Shown here piece by piece: positions 60,583 to 62,874 of a DNA stretch of 62,874 nt. The position numbers and the translations under genes were made by a program. The stretch is from Bacteroidales bacterium (GTDB taxonomy: Bacteria > Bacteroidota > Bacteroidia > Bacteroidales > UBA932). The notes under the pieces were generated by a model. It was given only the letters and a program-made list of their open reading frames with translations, searched no databases and was not told where the DNA came from. Numbering within the stretch: position 1 is the first letter of the stretch; every line of letters begins with the position of its first letter. The stretch lies in contig JAGCZI010000159.1 in the NCBI GenBank assembly GCA_017960085.1, positions 1 to 62,874 of the forward strand, written 5' to 3'.

Positions 60583-62639
60583 GCAGACTGTTTGATAATA
60601 TGATAATTGTCGTAATGCTGCTTGCAGTGTGCCTGCCTGCAGAAGCCCAGAGTGAAGGCTCTTCTGCCAGAGGCGGAAGGGATAGCTGGACCAGCGTCTA
60701 TGAATATTGCCGGGACAGCATCTATCGCGTCAGGAACCCCCAGGGGAAGCTCGATGCGATAAGGGAGAACAACACGAATGCCGGCATATCACTGACCAAT
60801 GAAAGCCAACTGCCGGATCTGGAGTACCGCTCAAAAATGAAGGATACACTTCAGATACTGGACATTTATGGCCGCCAGACTTTCCTGATGAAAGCTGTCA
60901 GGGATGATGAGACAGGTGAAATGCTGGCCAATGAAGTTCTTGATGCCGCAGTTGTTTCCGCCCGTTTCAGAAATGTGGCTGAACGTAACGGCAAGGTTGC
61001 AATCCGGTTCGACATCCTGGTTCCGCACAGTATGATGGACAACAAATGGCAACTCCGCTTCGATCCTGATTTGTATATTCTTGACGACAGCGTGCGCCTC
61101 GCCCCTGTGATTATAACGGGCGAAGGATATCGGAAGGCACAGCTGCGGGGGTATCAGCAATATGAGCGATTCCTTTCCAGAATCGTTTCGGACACAACGG
61201 CATTCATCAACATCCGGCAGCTTGAGCTGTTCATCGAACGTAACATACCTCAGTTGTATGCTTTCAAGAAAGATTCGTCAGAGGTGTCAGATGAGTTGTT
61301 CTATTCGTATTACGGCATCAGCGAGGCTAAGGCTGTTGAACATTATACCAACAAACTGGCCCGCAAAAGGAATCACTATCGTATGCTTATGAAGCAGAGG
61401 ATGTACGAAAAGTATGTGAAAGCGCCTATCGTTACAGAAGGAATCCGTCTGGATACGGTGCTGGTTGATATGAACGGCGATTTCACTTACTGCTATTCCC
61501 AGCAGATAGACACAAGGCCGAAGCTGAGAAAGGTGGATATAGTCTTGTCCGGGGCGATTTATGAGCAGGAGAAAAAACTGTATTCCATCCCACGGGGCGA
61601 ACCGCTTTCTTTTTACATCTCTTCTGTCTCTATGTTTGCCGACCAGACGGAAAGATACCTGACTAAAGTGGTGGAAAGGAAGGTCAGTGCAAGTGCTTCG
61701 TATGATATAGTTTTTCAAGTCGCAAAAGCAGATGTGAGAAGTGACCTTGCAGGCAATGCAGAGGAGATAGGCAATATCAAGCAGCAGCTGGTCAGTCTGA
61801 TTGGGAACGAGGTTTTCGAGCTGGATTCGATACGGGTGACGGCAACGGCTTCACCGGAAGGGAAGTACAGGCAGAATGAAAAGCTTTCCCAGAGGCGTTC
61901 TGAATCCGTTTCGAAATACTTCCGCTCGTGGATGAGACACTATCGGGACTCCCTTGAGTCAGCAAGGGGATTCAGCGTCGATGAAAACGGCAGGATGGTC
62001 AAAGAATCAGTGCCTGAAATTGCTTTCCAGAGTGACATATATGCGGAAAACTGGAAAGGACTTGACGAACTGGTCGGTACCGATGTAAACCTGTCAGAAG
62101 AAGATAAACGGAATTATTACAGTCTGGCAGAAATCGAAGATTCTGACGACAGGGAGTCAAGGATGAAGCAGCAAGCTTATTACAAATATCTCAAGGATGA
62201 GCTGTATCCTAAGTTGCGTACCGTTTCGTTTGATTTCTATCTGCACCGCAAAAGTATGGCGAAGGACACTGTTCACACAACAGTTCTGGACACAGTCTAT
62301 ATGCAAGGTGTGGAAGCTATCAGAGAGCGCGATTATGAGGTTGCCCTGATGTTGCTGGCGCCTTACCAGGATTACAATACGGCAGTGGCATATGTCGCGT
62401 TGGACCGGAACCGGAGTGCACTGGACATACTGAGCAAGTGCGAGCAGACTGCGCAAGTCAATTATCTGCTTGCCCTGCTCTATTCCAGGCTTGGAGATGA
62501 GACGAAAGCAGTACAACACTATATGACTTCCTGCAGCCAGGATCAGTCATTTGTCCACAGGGGTAATCTTGACCCTGAAATATCAGCGCTGATTGCGCTT
62601 TATGGTCTGAACAAAAGAGAAGACGAAGACATTTATTAA
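60579..62639 (+). CDS. DUF3868-like protein with an OmpA-like peptidoglycan-binding motif and C-terminal TPR-like repeats
   Basis: 686 aa with a signal peptide. VTATASPEGKYRQNEKLSQRRSESVSKYF matches the OmpA-C-like pattern (ASPEG..N..LS.RR...V). The C-terminal helical repeats read ..AIRERDYEVALMLLAPYQDYNTAVAYVAL.. ATGA overlap with the upstream gene. Confidence 0.75.
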   Translation: MSRLFDNMIIVVMLLAVCLPAEAQSEGSSARGGRDSWTSVYEYCRDSIYRVRNPQGKLDAIRENNTNAGISLTNESQLPDLEYRSKMKDTLQILDIYGRQTFLMKAVRDDETGEMLANEVLDAAVVSARFRNVAERNGKVAIRFDILVPHSMMDNKWQLRFDPDLYILDDSVRLAPVIITGEGYRKAQLRGYQQYERFLSRIVSDTTAFINIRQLELFIERNIPQLYAFKKDSSEVSDELFYSYYGISEAKAVEHYTNKLARKRNHYRMLMKQRMYEKYVKAPIVTEGIRLDTVLVDMNGDFTYCYSQQIDTRPKLRKVDIVLSGAIYEQEKKLYSIPRGEPLSFYISSVSMFADQTERYLTKVVERKVSASASYDIVFQVAKADVRSDLAGNAEEIGNIKQQLVSLIGNEVFELDSIRVTATASPEGKYRQNEKLSQRRSESVSKYFRSWMRHYRDSLESARGFSVDENGRMVKESVPEIAFQSDIYAENWKGLDELVGTDVNLSEEDKRNYYSLAEIEDSDDRESRMKQQAYYKYLKDELYPKLRTVSFDFYLHRKSMAKDTVHTTVLDTVYMQGVEAIRERDYEVALMLLAPYQDYNTAVAYVALDRNRSALDILSKCEQTAQVNYLLALLYSRLGDETKAVQHYMTSCSQDQSFVHRGNLDPEISALIALYGLNKREDEDIY

Positions 62640-62659
62640 AAACACTTAAACAATTAGAA

Positions 62660-62874
62660 ATGAAAAAACAATTATTGATTATCGCGGCTCTGGCCATGAT
62701 TACCTGTGCCTGCGACAAGGAAAATCAGTGCAAGACCTGTAAAGAAGGGAAACCCGTCGAGGTCACAGTCCAAATCAACGGAACATCGATGACCAAAGCC
62801 ACGGGAAACACTTATGCGAACGAATCCAAGGTAAACAGCCTCCAGGTGCTGGCATTTGACACAAATGGTGAGAT
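62660..62874 (+). CDS. FimB/Mfa2-family fimbrial (type V pilus) lipoprotein, N-terminal fragment (runs off the window)
   Basis: Manual translation gives MKKQLLIIAALAMITCACDKENQCKTCKEGKPVEVTVQINGTSMTKATGNTYANESKVNSLQVLAFDTNGE. It has a lipobox and the ..V.SL.VL.FD..G.. block typical of Mfa-type pilins. Not in the ORF track because there is no stop in the window. Confidence 0.7.
   Translation, partial: MKKQLLIIAALAMITCACDKENQCKTCKEGKPVEVTVQINGTSMTKATGNTYANESKVNSLQVLAFDTNGE

Noticed and set aside
1-62874. Search for mobile elements, prophage, rRNA, CRISPR-Cas and classic defence islands
   Set aside because: I recognised no integrase, transposase, recombinase, phage structural gene, cas gene, restriction-modification gene or long inverted/direct repeat. 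Only the hicAB cassette and mild compositional dips (32.1-32.7 kb, 50.4-55.5 kb, 58.5-62.9 kb) hint at horizontal input.

Overview
This 62,874-bp segment looks like chromosomal DNA from a Bacteroidales (Bacteroidota) genome. The evidence is TAnnTTTG -7 promoter boxes ahead of most transcription units, type V (Mfa-like) pilus genes with DUF3575/DUF3868 partners, CarbopepD_reg outer-membrane barrels and GH10/GH32/GH43 glycosidases. All calls rest on reading the sequence and recognising motifs; no database search was possible. I call 56 protein-coding genes. Two are cut by the window edges, and one of these (1..1557, minus strand) is missing from the ORF track. I also call 2 tRNAs (Gln-CUG and a CAU-anticodon Met/Ile2 type), 4 rho-independent terminators, about 15 candidate promoter boxes and one cluster of GC-rich palindromes. 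I found no rRNA, CRISPR array, integrase, transposase or prophage genes. Most of the window is housekeeping: uvrA, mutL, tsaE, tsaC, rsmE, ispF, hppA, dcp, ssb, a deoxynucleoside kinase and transporters. Five loci deserve a second look. (1) 50453..54598 is a tightly coupled operon of a secreted all-alpha protein, a stand-alone condensation domain, a fatty-acyl-AMP/CoA-ligase-like adenylating enzyme and an acyl carrier protein, with a divergent membrane-anchored LytTR regulator. I read it as an orphan minimal NRPS-like or lipid-tailoring system. (2) 36387..40348 is a corrinoid-dependent methyltransferase system: two different URO-D/MtaA-family methyltransferases, a B12-binding protein and a MetH-activation-domain protein. 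It sits at the head of a housekeeping gene array. (3) 4684..8303 is an SDR / steroid 5-alpha-reductase / Fe-S Old-Yellow-Enzyme / SDR operon resembling the bile-acid A-ring (allo/isoallo) reduction clusters of gut Bacteroidales. It is bracketed by two paralogous Cache-HAMP-SpoIIE sensor phosphatases. (4) The MutL here has degenerate endonuclease metal-binding motifs. (5) A 200-bp block of five perfect GC-rich palindromes follows tRNA-Gln.
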